The notes under the pieces: model-generated | The model's input: only the letters and a program-made list of their open reading frames with translations | Told to the model about the DNA's origin: nothing | Database searches by the model: none | Program-made: the position numbers and the translations under genes | Assembly (NCBI GenBank): GCA_964019425.1 | Contig: OZ025804.1 | Coordinates: 682,001-746,000, forward strand | Source: Flectonema sp. DT1601 | Taxonomy: Eukaryota | DNA length: 64,000 nucleotides | Direction: 5' to 3' | Part shown: positions 12,206-25,373 of the stretch, piece after piece | Position numbering within the stretch: position 1 is the first letter of the stretch | Layout of the letters: each line of letters starts with the position of its first letter

Positions 12206-12650
12206 GATTTTTAATACCTAAAGTTGTTACTGTTTTTACATTGTCAAAGTTTCACTCTCCTTTACTTTTTTACATTTTATTTATTTACACCTTTTTTTTC
12301 TTTTCAAAGGAAAGGAAAAAAGATCTTCTGTGAGATTATTTTTAAAAGTTACATTTCCGTTACAAATGTGATTGTTTTATTTTATTTTATTCTACAATCG
12401 TAAAGCAGTTTGTAAGAACCTGAGTAACTTGTGGATACTATTATTTTTTATTTCATCACCCACCTCTACTGCCTGTGGCTCGTGCCTGGGCTAAATTGCT
12501 TCGAAGGCTGCATTCTCTTCCTCGGCGACATGGAAGCGTTCCAACTGCACCAGTTGATTAGAATACTCGGTATTGATTTAGATTGTGATTTAAGTTATCT
12601 GTTATTGTAGTTTACTCATTCAGGTACACAATAATAATAAAAATAAAAAT

Positions 12651-14108
12651 ATGGAGCTTGGCAAGGTAGTGTTTTTAATAATAGTTATTGCTGCCTTGTT
12701 AATATGCTGGACAACATTCTCAAATACTGGTTGCGTCACAGTAGTGGTTAATGGAAATGCAAATGAAGCATTACTTCTAAAGACTCTGACTCAACAAAAG
12801 GATCCTGTGGTCCACTACTCCATACCTCAGGCAACAGTAATTAGAAAAGATAGTTCTGGTCAGGAAGTAGTGTTCTACAAGTATCATGGAAAGCAATGTC
12901 TCGGAGGTACTGATCTGGACCCCGTCGATTCTCTGGAAGAAGCGTTTGAGATGTGTGCGAAGAAGAAAGTCTGCCAAGCGATTAGTTGTCATAACCTCTC
13001 TTGTAGGATCATATCTCCGACATGTATTTTACAGACACCAGAGATAGGTAAGTATTGCGCTTACATTATTATTGCTAGAACTCCTAATAGGCTTCACTTG
13101 TATGAGAAACTTCTTCAAGATCTTCCTCCTACTGAGGTCTTGAAGAACCAAACTGGCCGTCGTTTGGCATCTGGTGAAAAACACGTGAAGAACATAGCGT
13201 GGGATCCTCAAAGCAGTGTTTGGAAGGATGGAAACTTTCAGCGGAATTATTCGGAACTTCCTTACGTTGAAGTGACGAGATTGGATCACTTCACAATGGG
13301 ACCACTTGTTAGCGTAGACCCGATTCATAAAATTATCTTTTTCAGAATGCCGAAGGTTCAGTCCTCAAATATTTACAGATTATACGACAGACTTGTTGGT
13401 CACACGGACATTATTAATGATGAAAATGGTCACATTTGGATGCATGAACGGTTCAGAGAGAATGATCCCAACCGTGAGCGCATATCATTCAAAGATTTAG
13501 ACAAGGATATGTGTAATCGTATTATGAATGACCCTTCTTATAGAAAAGTTGTGTTTTTCAGAGATCCTGTTGATCGTGTTCTTTCTTGCTACCTCGATAA
13601 GTTCAAGCGTTTACATTATTCGACCTTCTTCGGTCAAAAAAGAGGCACGACGACCTTCAGTGAGCTTATGAGCTACATTGATACAGATGGTCCTCCACCA
13701 TACGGAGTTGGCCCTGGAGTGAATTATCACTATCAAGCTCAGGTACTTACTTCGAATTTATTCAAATTTCTCCCTCTCTTCGACTTCATTGGTTGGGGAA
13801 ATACTGCTCACACGAAACTGATGTTAGAGAAGTATGGTCTGTGGGATGACTTTGGAAACAAGACTTGGCCTCATGGCTTTATGAAATCGGGAGACAATCA
13901 TCCCACTGGATCTAAAGATAAGAAAACAAAGTACCTTAACGATTCGACAATTAAAATAGCAAAACATGCTTACGATATTGATTATCAATTCTTTCGTCAT
14001 ATCGGACTTGAGAAAGGAGGTCCTCCTGTTGATGGCAGTCGTTTGGTTCCATTCTTCTCTCATTGTAATAATAAGAATAAGGTCTGTTGGCCTGCTTATC
14101 CAGCTTAA
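12651..14108 (+). CDS. Carbohydrate sulfotransferase copy 2 (divergent N-terminus, 'type B')
   Basis: 485 aa; motifs RMPKVQSSN and FFRDPVDRVLSCY. The C-terminal third is nearly identical to copy 1. Confidence 0.85.
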   Translation: MELGKVVFLIIVIAALLICWTTFSNTGCVTVVVNGNANEALLLKTLTQQKDPVVHYSIPQATVIRKDSSGQEVVFYKYHGKQCLGGTDLDPVDSLEEAFEMCAKKKVCQAISCHNLSCRIISPTCILQTPEIGKYCAYIIIARTPNRLHLYEKLLQDLPPTEVLKNQTGRRLASGEKHVKNIAWDPQSSVWKDGNFQRNYSELPYVEVTRLDHFTMGPLVSVDPIHKIIFFRMPKVQSSNIYRLYDRLVGHTDIINDENGHIWMHERFRENDPNRERISFKDLDKDMCNRIMNDPSYRKVVFFRDPVDRVLSCYLDKFKRLHYSTFFGQKRGTTTFSELMSYIDTDGPPPYGVGPGVNYHYQAQVLTSNLFKFLPLFDFIGWGNTAHTKLMLEKYGLWDDFGNKTWPHGFMKSGDNHPTGSKDKKTKYLNDSTIKIAKHAYDIDYQFFRHIGLEKGGPPVDGSRLVPFFSHCNNKNKVCWPAYPA

Positions 14109-14349
14109 ACTATTAAATGCAGAGAGCTTTCTAATCACATTGGTATTGATGTCGAAACTGACGATGACAACAAGTTCTTTGTTGGGGGAAGTCCCCTCCG
14201 TGTCACCTTACCATAATAGCTTCTTCAAAAAGCTAAATTAATCATCACTATTGTTATGACAAAACAGCTCGTGTTTTACAAGTCAAACAATTATCCTATC
14301 CTAAAAGAACAATAATATTAATTAATCAGTCTTGTCTGTTGTCATTATG

Positions 14350-14853
14350 TCCGGCGCAGTTATGACCTAAACTGGTTATCATCTTACCTGATCCTTTTGG
14401 TTTTCATTTCTTGCTGAGTGATATGGCTATGTGCTGCCCAAATCTTTTGTGGTACATTTCTAAAGCTTTTCGGTAAGCCCACAGCACACTTATAATGCTT
14501 TGGACAACTGGGGGTGAACGATCCTCGGTACTGTTCCGGGGTTTTCTATTTTCTTTCGTGGAGTGTGGGCATATGGCACATGTGGTCGTATTATAAAGAG
14601 AGATGTATATGAAAGAAAGAAGATTTTTTATTTTTTTTTCACCTTCCCCCCACTCCCAGATCGTTTCTCTTTTATTTTCTTTAGTTGTTTACAACCTGTT
14701 AGCCTCTGGGCAAGGTGGAGGCTGGAAGTCGATCACTTCCAGCCAATACTATGAAACTACAATCTTCGCGATTGGGTCCTTACTGATGCGGGCTACCCAG
14801 ACCCCTCGTAGTCATCAGTTTGTATTTTGCTAACTAAACTAAACTAAACTAAT
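14350..14853 (+). repeat. Dispersed repeat family B with 3' hairpin and (AACTA)n tail; possible 3' end of another non-LTR element
   Basis: Hairpin actgat...ggctac...gtagtc.atcagt (~14782-14819) followed by ctaactaaactaaactaaactaa. The same tail occurs at ~48804-48825. Confidence 0.5.
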
Positions 14854-15211
14854 TATTTACACGTCTTTTTCCGCCCGGTATAATCCTCCTTCTGTCTAAC
14901 CAGATTACGGTTGTGCGACAGACAACACAAATTGGCAGATACTCTTGCGGGCTTGCACCACCTCAAGGGTGTGCGCTATCGCTCGGTTGACCTGTTTCAT
15001 CCACTCAGCACCCCACCTCGCGAGGTGTTTTATAATTTTCTAATAGTGTCTTGTTCTCTTGTCCCTCTCTTTAATAAGTTTAAATTAATTTTGTAAGACT
15101 TAAGTAACTAAAAAAATAAATAAATAAATAAATAAATACACTGGTTTTTTGTTACTGTTGCGTGTCAAAGTTTAAAAGTTATTATTTTTTCTCTTCAGAG
15201 GAAGTCAATTT

Positions 15212-15813
15212 ACTCATATGTACTCATATGTGTATGTGTTGTTTTTATTCTTCTTGTTAATCAACTAGACCGTCCATCAGGGATATCCAACACCGCACCG
15301 ACAGGTGATGTAGTTCGGGTTGGAATCTTTGAAGGAGTACCGGAGTGATAATAGATGAGTCAAGAAATATGAGTTTTCTAAACATAGAAGCAAGCAATCT
15401 AATGTCTGGATGTTTCTGGTTGTTGTCAGCTTCCGATTACTCCTTCTCCAAGTACCATACCTGAAAAAACATTACCTCCTCTTATCACTCTTCCTGTTAT
15501 GCCAACAGCTATTCCTAACAGGGAGATAAATTCTGTGGTGCCGCCTTCACAGTCTTCTTCTTGCCAATCCGATGACGATTTTTGTTTTTATCCCACTTGG
15601 AAATTAATAATTTTTATTCTTGCTATAGCAGTTACTCTTTTGTTTGGAATTGTTTTTTTGTATTGTGTTTATAAGAAAAAATCTTCTAAGGGTGGTAAGA
15701 GTGATTCACGTGATACAAATGCGAATCCGAAGCAAGCGATTGAAAGTACGGAGCCGCAATATTCACGTCAACATCTTCCACTTTACTCGGTTAGTCCTGA
15801 GAGGGGGTTGTGA
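15212..15813 (+). pseudogene. Internally deleted copy of the 25567-26745 membrane-protein gene, in a duplicated segment lacking the calpain CDS
   Basis: 14853-15211 duplicates ~23570-24007 and then jumps to the sequence of ~25570. About 585 bp are deleted at gtctgga|tgtttctgg, with further 3-4 bp deletions. The 3' end matches 26340-26745. Confidence 0.85.
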
Positions 15814-16005
15814 TATATTCCATTGTAAGTTTGTTAGCAGATCTGGTTAGGGTCTTTAGATTTCTTCGTTTTACTGTAGTAGTATTTGATTTTATGAAGG
15901 TGGGTGTTGTTGATTCTTGTTTGTTTTTAAAAATATTTTCCCTTCACAGAACAAACACAGTTCAGGAGACCTTTTTTTCTCTCCACCCTGAACGATGTTT
16001 ATAAA

Positions 16006-19000
16006 ATGAGATTCACATTATTGATAGTGATTTTATTCGGGTTGTTAACCCTCAGTCGTGGGATCTGTCCTAACGGGTTTACGGTAGTTGGGAACGACTG
16101 TCTTGCTGTATCTACATCACGGCTGTCTTGCTGTATCTACATCACGGCTGTCTTGCTGTATCTACATCACGGCTGTCTTGCTGTATCTACATCACGACTG
16201 TCTTGCTGTATCTACATCACGACTGTCTTGCTGTATCTACATCACGGCTGTCTTGCTGTATCTACATCACGGCTGTCTTGCTGTATCTACATCACGACTG
16301 TCTTGCTGTATCTACATCACGACTGTCTTGCTGTATCTACATCACGGCTGTCTTGCTGTATCTACATCACGACTGTCTTGCTGTATCTACATCACGACTG
16401 TCTTGCTGTATCTACATCACGACTGTCTTGCTGTATCTACATCACGGCTGTCTTGCTGTATCTACATCACGGCTGTCTTGCTGTATCTACATCACGACTG
16501 TCTTGCTGTATCTACATCACGACTGTCTTGCTGTATCTACATCACGGCTGTCTTGCTGTATCTACATCACGGCTGTCTTGCTGTATCTACATCACGGCTG
16601 TCTTGCTGTATCTACATCACGGCTGTCTTGCTGTATCTACATCACGGCTGTCTTGCTGTATCTACATCACGGCTGTCTTGCTGTATCTACATCACGACTG
16701 TCTTGCTGTATCTACATCACGGCTGTCTTGCTGTATCTACATCACGACTGTCTTGCTGTATCTACATCACGGCTGTCTTGCTGTATCTACATCACGGCTG
16801 TCTTGCTGTATCTACATCACGACTGTCTTGCTGTATCTACATCACGACTGTCTTGCTGTATCTACATCACGGCTGTCTTGCTGTATCTACATCACGACTG
16901 TCTTGCTGTATCTACATCACGGCTGTCTTGCTGTATCTACATCACGGCTGTCTTGCTGTATCTACATCACGACTGTCCTGCTGTATCTACATCACGGCTG
17001 TCTTGCTGTATCTACATCACGACTGTCTTGCTGTATCTACATCACGACTGTCTTGCTGTATCTACATCACGGCTGTCTTGCTGTATCTACATCACGGCTG
17101 TCTTGCTGTATCTACATCACGACTGTCTTGCTGTATCTACATCACGACTGTCTTGCTGTATCTACATCACGGCTGTCTTGCTGTATCTACATCACGACTG
17201 TCTTGCTGTATCTACATCACGGCTGTCTTGCTGTATCTACATCACGGCTGTCTTGCTGTATCTACATCACGACTGTCTTGCTGTATCTACATCACGGCTG
17301 TCTTGCTGTATCTACATCACGGCTGTCTTGCTGTATCTACATCACGACTGTCTTGCTGTATCTACATCACGGCTGTCTTGCTGTATCTACATCACGACTG
17401 TCTTGCTGTATCTACATCACGGCTGTCTTGCTGTATCTACATCACGGCTGTCTTGCTGTATCTACATCACGACTGTCTTGCTGTATCTACATCACGGCTG
17501 TCTTGCTGTATCTACATCACGACTGTCTTGCTGTATCTACATCACGACTGTCTTGCTGTATCTACATCACGGCTGTCTTGCTGTATCTACATCACGACTG
17601 TCTTGCTGTATCTACATCACGGCTGTCTTGCTGTATCTACATCACGGCTGTCTTGCTGTATCTACATCACGACTGTCTTGCTGTATCTACATCACGGCTG
17701 TCTTGCTGTATCTACATCACGACTGTCTTGCTGTATCTACATCACGGCTGTCTTGCTGTATCTACATCACGGCTGTCTTGCTGTATCTACATCACGGCTG
17801 TCTTGCTGTATCTACATCACGGCTGTCTTGCTGTATCTACATCACGGCTGTCTTGCTGTATCTACATCACGACTGTCTTGCTGTATCTACATCACGACTG
17901 TCTTGCTGTATCTACATCACGGCTGTCTTGCTGTATCTACATCACGACTGTCTTGCTGTATCTACATCACGGCTGTCTTGCTGTATCTACATCACGGCTG
18001 TCTTGCTGTATCTACATCACGGCTGTCTTGCTGTATCTACATCACGGCTGTCTTGCTGTATCTACATCACGGCTGTCTTGCTGTATCTACATCACGACTG
18101 TCTTGCTGTATCTACATCACGACTGTCTTGCTGTATCTACATCACGGCTGTCTTGCTGTATCTACATCACGACTGTCTTGCTGTATCTACATCACGGCTG
18201 TCTTGCTGTATCTACATCACGACTGTCTTGCTGTATCTACATCACGACTGTCTTGCTGTATCTACATCACGACTGTCTTGCTGTATCTACATCACGGCTG
18301 TCTTGCTGTATCTACATCACGACTGTCTTGCTGTATCTACATCACGGCTGTCTTGCTGTATCTACATCACGACTGTCTTGCTGTATCTACATCACGACTG
18401 TCTTGCTGTATCTACATCACGACTGTCTTGCTGTATCTACATCACGACTGTCTTGCTGTATCTACATCACGACTGTCTTGCTGTATCTACATCACGACTG
18501 TCTTGCTGTATCTACATCACGACTGTCTTGCTGTATCTACATCACGGCTGTCTTGCTGTATCTACATCACGGCTGTCTTGCTGTATTCTACATCACGGCT
18601 GTCTTGCTGTATCTACATCACGGCTGTCTTGCTGTATCTACATCACGGCTGTCTTGCTGTATCTACATCACGGCTGTCTTGCTGTATCTACATCACGACT
18701 GTCTTGCTGTATCTACATCACGGCTGTCTTGCTGTATCTACATCACGGCTGTCTTGCTGTATCTACATCACGGCTGTCTTGCTGTATCTACATCACGACT
18801 GTCTTGCTGTATCTACATCACGGACTGTCTTGCTGTATCTACATCACGGCTGTCTTGCTGTATCTACATCACGGCTGTCTTGCTGTATCTACATCACGAC
18901 TGTCTTGCTGTATCTACATCACGACTGTCTTGCTGTATCTACATCACGTCTGTACATGGCTGTATCTACGAGGTGGTAATCACGGCTGTCTTGCTGTATC

Positions 19001-21585
19001 TACATCACGACTGTCTTGCTGTATCTACATCACGGACTGTCTTGCTGTATCCTACATCACGGACTGTACTTGACTGTATCTACATCACGGCTTCTTGCTG
19101 TATCTACACACGGCTGTTAGCTGTATCTACATCACGACTGTCTTGCTGTATCTACATCACGGCGGTCTTGCTGTATCTTACATCTCGGCTGTCTTGCTGT
19201 ATCTACATCACGGCTGTCTTGCTGTATCTTAATCACGACTGTCTTGCTGTATCTACATCAACGACTGTCTTGCTTGTATCTCTTGCTGTATCTACATCAC
19301 GGCTGTCTTGCTGTATCTACATCACGACTGTCTTGCTGTATCTACATCACGACTGTCTTGCTGTATCTACATCACGGACTGTCTTGCTGTATCTACATCA
19401 CGGACTGTCTTGCTGTATCTACATCACGGCTGTTCTTCTGCTGTATCTACATCACGGCTGTCTTGCTGTATCTACATCACGACTGTCTTGCTGTATCTAC
19501 ATCAACGGACTGTCTTGCTGTATCTACATCACGACTGTCTTGCTGTATCTACATCACGGCTGTCTTGCTGTATCTACATCACGGCTGTCTTGCTGTATCT
19601 ACATCACGGCTGTCTTGCTGTATCTACATCACGGTTGCTGTATCTACATCACGGCTGTCTTGCTGTATCTACATCACGACTGTCTTGCTGTATCTACATC
19701 ACGGCTGTCTTGCTGTATCTACATCACGGCTGTCTTGCTGTATCTACATCACGACTGTCTTGCTGTATCTACATCACGACTGTCTTGCTGTATCTACATC
19801 ACGGCTGTCTTGCTGTATCTACATCACGGCTGTCTTGCTGTATCTACATCACGGACTGTCTTGCTGTATCTACATCACGACTGTCTTGCTGTATCTACAT
19901 CACGGACTGTCTTGCTGTATCTACATCAACGACGCTGTCTTGCTGTATGCTACATCACGGCTGTCTTGGCTGTATCTACATCACGGCTGTCTTGCTTCTG
20001 TATCTTGCTGTATCTACATCACGGCTGTCTTGCTGTATCTACATCACGGCTGTCTTGCTGTATCTACATCACGGCTGTCTTGCTGTATCTACATCACGAC
20101 TGTCTTGCTGTATCTACATCACGACTGTCTTGCTGTATCTACATCACGGCTGTCTTGCTGTATCTACATCACGACTGTCTTGCTGTATCTACATCACGGC
20201 TGTCTTGCTGTATCTACATCACGGCTGTCTTGCTGTATCTACATCACGACTGTCTTGCTGTATCTACATCACGGCTGTCTTGCTGTATCTACATCACGGC
20301 TGTCTTGCTGTATCTACATCACGACTGTCTTGCTGTATCTACATCACGGCTGTCTTGCTGTATCTACATCACGACTGTCTTGCTGTATCTACATCACGGC
20401 TGTCTTGCTGTATCTACATCACGGCTGTCTTGCTGTATCTACATCACGACTGTCTTGCTGTATCTACATCACGGCTGTCTTGCTGTATCTACATCACGAC
20501 TGTCTTGCTGTATCTACATCACGACTGTCTTGCTGTATCTACATCACGGCTGTCTTGCTGTATCTACATCACGACTGTCTTGCTGTATCTACATCACGGC
20601 TGTCTTGCTGTATCTACATCACGGCTGTCTTGCTGTATCTACATCACGACTGTCTTGCTGTATCTACATCACGGCTGTCTTGCTGTATCTACATCACGAC
20701 TGTCTTGCTGTATCTACATCACGGCTGTCTTGCTGTATCTACATCACGGCTGTCTTGCTGTATCTACATCACGGCTGTCTTGCTGTATCTACATCACGGC
20801 TGTCTTGCTGTATCTACATCACGGCTGTCTTGCTGTATCTACATCACGGCTGTCTTGCTGTATCTACATCACGACTGTCTTGCTGTATCTACATCACGGC
20901 TGTCTTGCTGTATCTACATCACGACTGTCTTGCTGTATCTACATCACGGCTGTCTTGCTGTATCTACATCACGGCTGTCTTGCTGTATCTACATCACGAC
21001 TGTCTTGCTGTATCTACATCACGGCTGTCTTGCTGTATCTACATCACGGCTGTCTTGCTGTATCTACATCACGGCTGTCTTGCTGTATCTACATCACGGC
21101 TGTCTTGCTGTATCTACATCACGGCTGTCTTGCTGTATCTACATCACGGCTGTCTTGCTGTATCTACATCACGGCTGTCTTGCTGTATCTACATCACGGC
21201 TGTCTTGCTGTATCTACATCACGACTGTCTTGCTGTATCTACATCACGACTGTCTTGCTGTATCTACATCACGGCTGTCTTGCTGTATCTACATCACGAC
21301 TGTCTTGCTGTATCTACATCACGACTGTCTTGCTGTATCTACATCACGACTGTCTTGCTGTATCTACATCACGACTGTCTTGCTGTATCTACATCACGAC
21401 TGTCTTGCTGTATCTACATCACGACTGTCTTGCTGTATCTACATCACGACTGTCTTGCTGTATCTACATCACGGCTGTCTTGCTGTATCTACATCACGGA
21501 TGTCTTGCTGTATCTACACTCAAGACGTTCTGGAATATGTCGACATAAGATAGTTGCTTGTGATTGTACGACAAACTATCTGTCT
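16006..21585 (+). pseudogene. Truncated copy 1 of the lectin/multi-TM gene (5' end + 25-bp array + 60-bp downstream fragment)
   Basis: MRFTLLIVILFGLLTLSRGICPNGFTVVGNDCL is identical to the 44834 gene. 21526-21585 equals 45203-45262, then joins the sulfotransferase upstream region. Confidence 0.8.
16098..21518 (+). repeat. 25-bp minisatellite array 1 (~216 units)
   Basis: Unit ctgtcttgctgtatctacatcacg[g/a]; indel-rich zone at ~18585-20005. Confidence 0.97.
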
Positions 21586-21683
21586 CCTACAATTACACCG
21601 TAAACATAATTGCGTATCATTTTAATTTAATTTTTTATTTTATTTTAAATAGACATCTATCGTCCAACAATATAAATAAAAAT

Positions 21684-23144
21684 ATGGAGCTCAGAAGGGC
21701 AATCTTGTTGATTATTGGCTGTGTCACTATATTTGCATGCTGGTCTGCCTCTGCAAAAAGCAGAAGATGCGTCACAGTAGTGGTTAATAGAAATGCAAAT
21801 GAAGCATTACTTCTAAAGACTCTGACTCAACAAAAGGATCCTGTGGTCCACTACTCCATACCTCGGGCAACAGTAATTAGAAAAGATAGTTCTGGTCAGG
21901 AAGTAGTGTTCTACAAGTATCAAGAAAAGCAATGTGTCGGAGGCTTTGATCTGGGTCCCGTCGCTTCCCTGGAAGAAGCGTTTGAAACGTGTGCGAAGAG
22001 GAAAGTCTGCCAATCGATTAGTTGTCATAACATCACCTCTTGTAGGATCACATCTCCGTCATGTATTTTACAGACATCAGAGAAGGATAAGTATTACGCT
22101 TATGTTATTATTGCTAGAACTCCTGAGAGGCTTCACTTGTATGAGAAACTTCTTCAAGACCTTCCTACTACTGAGGTCTTGAAGAACCAAGCTGGTCGTC
22201 GTTTAGCATCTGGTGAAAAACAAGTGAAGAACATAGCGTGGGATCCTCAAAGCAGTGTTTGGAAGGATGGAAACTTTCAGCGGAATTATTCGGAACTTCC
22301 TTACATTGAATTGACGAGCTCGGATCACTTCACAATGGGACCACTTGTTAACGTAGACCCGATTCATAAAATTGTCATTGTCAGAGTTGCGAAGGTTCAG
22401 TCCACAAACATTTACAGATTATACGACAGACTTGTTGGTCACCAAGACATTATTAATGATGAAAATGGTCATATTTGGATGCATTCAAGACAAGCTGAAA
22501 ATGATCCCCACCGTGAGCGTATCACATTCAAAGACTTAGACACAGATACGTGTAATCGTATTATGAATGACCCTACTTATAGAAAAGTTGTGTTTTTCAG
22601 AGATCCTGTTGATCGTGTTCTTTCTTGCTACCTCGATAAGTTCAAGCGTTTTCATTATTCGACCTTCTTTGGTCAAAAAAAAGGCACGACGACCTTCGGT
22701 GAGCTTTTGAGCTACATTGATACAGATGGTCCTCCACCATACGGAGTTGGCCCTGGAGTGAATTATCACTATCAAGCTCAGGTACTTACTTCGAATTTAT
22801 TCAAATTTCTCCCTCTGTACGACTTCGTCGGTTGGGGAAATACTGCTCACACGAAACTGATGTTAGAGAAGTATGGTCTGTGGGATGACTTTGGAAACAA
22901 GACTTGGCCTCATGGCTTTATGAAATCGGGAGACAATCATCCCACCGGATCTAAAGATAAGAAAGCAACGTACCTTAACGATTCGACAATTAAAATAGCA
23001 AAACATGCTTACGATATTGATTATCAATTCTTTCGTCATATCGGACTTGAGAAAGGAGGTCCTCCTGTTGATGGCAGTCGTTTGGTTCCATTCTTCTCTC
23101 ATTGTAATATAAGAGCCTGTTGGCCTGCTTATCCTGATGCTTAA
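21684..23144 (+). CDS. Carbohydrate sulfotransferase copy 3
   Basis: ATG at 21684 aligns with the copy 1 start; 486 aa; PAPS motifs intact. Confidence 0.85.
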   Translation: MELRRAILLIIGCVTIFACWSASAKSRRCVTVVVNRNANEALLLKTLTQQKDPVVHYSIPRATVIRKDSSGQEVVFYKYQEKQCVGGFDLGPVASLEEAFETCAKRKVCQSISCHNITSCRITSPSCILQTSEKDKYYAYVIIARTPERLHLYEKLLQDLPTTEVLKNQAGRRLASGEKQVKNIAWDPQSSVWKDGNFQRNYSELPYIELTSSDHFTMGPLVNVDPIHKIVIVRVAKVQSTNIYRLYDRLVGHQDIINDENGHIWMHSRQAENDPHRERITFKDLDTDTCNRIMNDPTYRKVVFFRDPVDRVLSCYLDKFKRFHYSTFFGQKKGTTTFGELLSYIDTDGPPPYGVGPGVNYHYQAQVLTSNLFKFLPLYDFVGWGNTAHTKLMLEKYGLWDDFGNKTWPHGFMKSGDNHPTGSKDKKATYLNDSTIKIAKHAYDIDYQFFRHIGLEKGGPPVDGSRLVPFFSHCNIRACWPAYPDA

Positions 23145-24008
23145 AATAGTGTTTTAAAGCATCCAACTCCCTCTACGTAAAGAGTCGACTTACAAGTAAA
23201 AAACTATCCTCACGGGGTGTTGTTAGTTGCAAGCTATCAACGGAAAACAACGAGGAGTCTAACGTGGTCTTGTTCAGATAACGGAGACTAGGAGGAATGA
23301 ACAAATAAAACGGAAAGAAAATGGAGCAAGAATAAAGAGAACCCGTGCGTGACAAGGGAGAACACAGATAGCGAGCTATTTACTCTGAGGTTTAAAAAGA
23401 AATGGGGAAAAAAGAAAACAAAACAAAACAAAAAGTGATCTTGCGAGCCTTCATGGGCTATAAGTTTAAAGTTGAAATATTACTCACTCGGAGAACTTTT
23501 TTTTTTTTATCCTCCGTTCCTTTTTTAAAAAATAATAATATTAATTAATCAGTTTTGTCTGTTGTCATTATTTACACGTCTTTTTCCGCCTCCCTTTTTT
23601 TTTTTTTTTTGTTTGAAATTACTGAAATATTCCTCACTCGGAGAACTTCTTTTTTTTTTTTTTTTTTGTAATTGGAAGCAGTCGGTGTAATCCTCCTTCT
23701 GTCTAACCAGATTACGGTTGTGCGACGGACAACACAAATTGGCAGATACTCTTGCGGGCTTGCACCACCTCAAGGGTGTGCGCTATCGCTCGGTTGACCT
23801 GTTTCATCCACTCAGCACCCCACCTCGCGAGGTGTTTTATAATTTTCTAATAGTGTCTTGTTCTCTTGTCCCTCTCTTTAATAATTTAAAATTAATTTTG
23901 TAAGACTTAAGTAACTAAAAAAATAAATAAATACACTGGTTTTTTGTTACTGTTGCGTGTCAAAGTTTAAAAGTTATTATTTTTTCTCTTCAGAGGAAGT
24001 CAATTTAT

Positions 24009-25373
24009 ATGTTTGAGGACAAGGAATTTCCAACAACAGGTCTTCCGTTAAATACGAAATGGACAAGAGTGGGATCACTTGGTAGTATTCATAGCAACAT
24101 TCCCTTCAGAGATGGTGATGTTGAACAAGGATATGACTTTAGAGACTGCTGGCTGATTGGGGCATTAGCAACTATTGGATATACAACTCAAAATGGAGGA
24201 CATCAAATGGTATTAAAAATATCTGATGGACAGTACAAAATTAATTTCTACAAATCAGGGAAACCAATTTCCATTACAATAGACGACCTGATTCCAACAG
24301 TTGAGGGAAGAACTCTATTTGCTTCTTCAACAAATAGCTGGTGGATTCCGTTAGTTGAAAAAGCCTATGCAAAGCTCCATGGTGGATATCTCAACATTAT
24401 GGGGGGCCTTGAAATCTACGCGTTCACTGACCTTACAAATTGGCCTGCTAGCTTAACCCCGACTAGTAAATCTATTCACACTTCATTATTCATCAAATCG
24501 TTACTCGATAAAGGTGCCCTACTTGGTCTCTCCTTCCTTGACGCAAAGTCAAAAACCAAATCTGAAACAGAAAACTACATTAAAGCTAAAGTGTCTTTAG
24601 GTTCTCAAGACTTCGAATTGACATTCACCGCCAATGACAATGCCAGTGAAATCGCAAAGCAATTCTGCACACAAAATGACATAGAATCTGGGAAGGAAAC
24701 TGCGATCACTAATTTTATATCTGCGCATCAACAAGCAAAGAAGCAACATGATTCTGACCAGGGTATTGTCAATACTGGTAATACTTTACGACAAGAGGTG
24801 ATAACAGCACCGCCTTTAAATGTGAAAAAACCTGACGTGACAAAAGATGTCGTACCATCTCACTCGTATTCAATATTGAATATAGACATACGAACTGAAT
24901 CGATGCTTTTACACAATCCCTGGGGTACTGGAGTGCTACAAGACTGTGTTGTTGATGAGATGTGTCCTGCAGGAACATTTTGGGTACGCGTTCACATGAT
25001 TGAAGATTTATTTAATGCATTTCACTGTGCTATTCCATCGTCGTTACTTTGTAAGAAAACTTTTACTGGAGTTGTTGGTACGACTACTGGAATGTCAATA
25101 TCGATACCTTCATCATCCACTCCCATTTCTGTTATGATTCTTTCATCAGAACCACGTTGGGATGGCTCACCTAATACTAACAATGGTGACTTTTCTCTTC
25201 TCAGTTTTATCATCCATACTTCAGACGGCGGTAAGTTAGCATCACCCATCGCAGCTTTAAGACAGGTGTCGGTCTCAGATGTACCTGAGGGTATCCATAA
25301 TTTATTTATTGATAATGGAAGCACCTCTTGTACCTATTCTGTCATGGTGTTTTCTGAAAAGGTAACTGTATAG
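24009..25373 (+). CDS. Calpain-family (peptidase C2) cysteine protease with intact catalytic triad
   Basis: Motifs FEDKEFP, DVEQGYDFRDCWL (Cys), WIPLVEKAYAKLHGGY, SHSYSIL (His) and HNPWG (Asn), plus a short domain-III-like tail. Confidence 0.88.
   Translation: MFEDKEFPTTGLPLNTKWTRVGSLGSIHSNIPFRDGDVEQGYDFRDCWLIGALATIGYTTQNGGHQMVLKISDGQYKINFYKSGKPISITIDDLIPTVEGRTLFASSTNSWWIPLVEKAYAKLHGGYLNIMGGLEIYAFTDLTNWPASLTPTSKSIHTSLFIKSLLDKGALLGLSFLDAKSKTKSETENYIKAKVSLGSQDFELTFTANDNASEIAKQFCTQNDIESGKETAITNFISAHQQAKKQHDSDQGIVNTGNTLRQEVITAPPLNVKKPDVTKDVVPSHSYSILNIDIRTESMLLHNPWGTGVLQDCVVDEMCPAGTFWVRVHMIEDLFNAFHCAIPSSLLCKKTFTGVVGTTTGMSISIPSSSTPISVMILSSEPRWDGSPNTNNGDFSLLSFIIHTSDGGKLASPIAALRQVSVSDVPEGIHNLFIDNGSTSCTYSVMVFSEKVTV

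Noticed and set aside
18585..20005. Degenerate middle of array 1 as biological divergence
   Set aside because: Scattered 1-nt indels confined to the array centre, with clean flanks, look like poor long-read consensus.
21564..21683. N-terminal extensions of sulfotransferases from upstream TTG starts (also 29019, 35342, 38920) and of the lectin gene (44639)
   Set aside because: These are non-ATG starts in AT-rich or chimeric upstream DNA; the homologous ATG and signal-anchor lie downstream.
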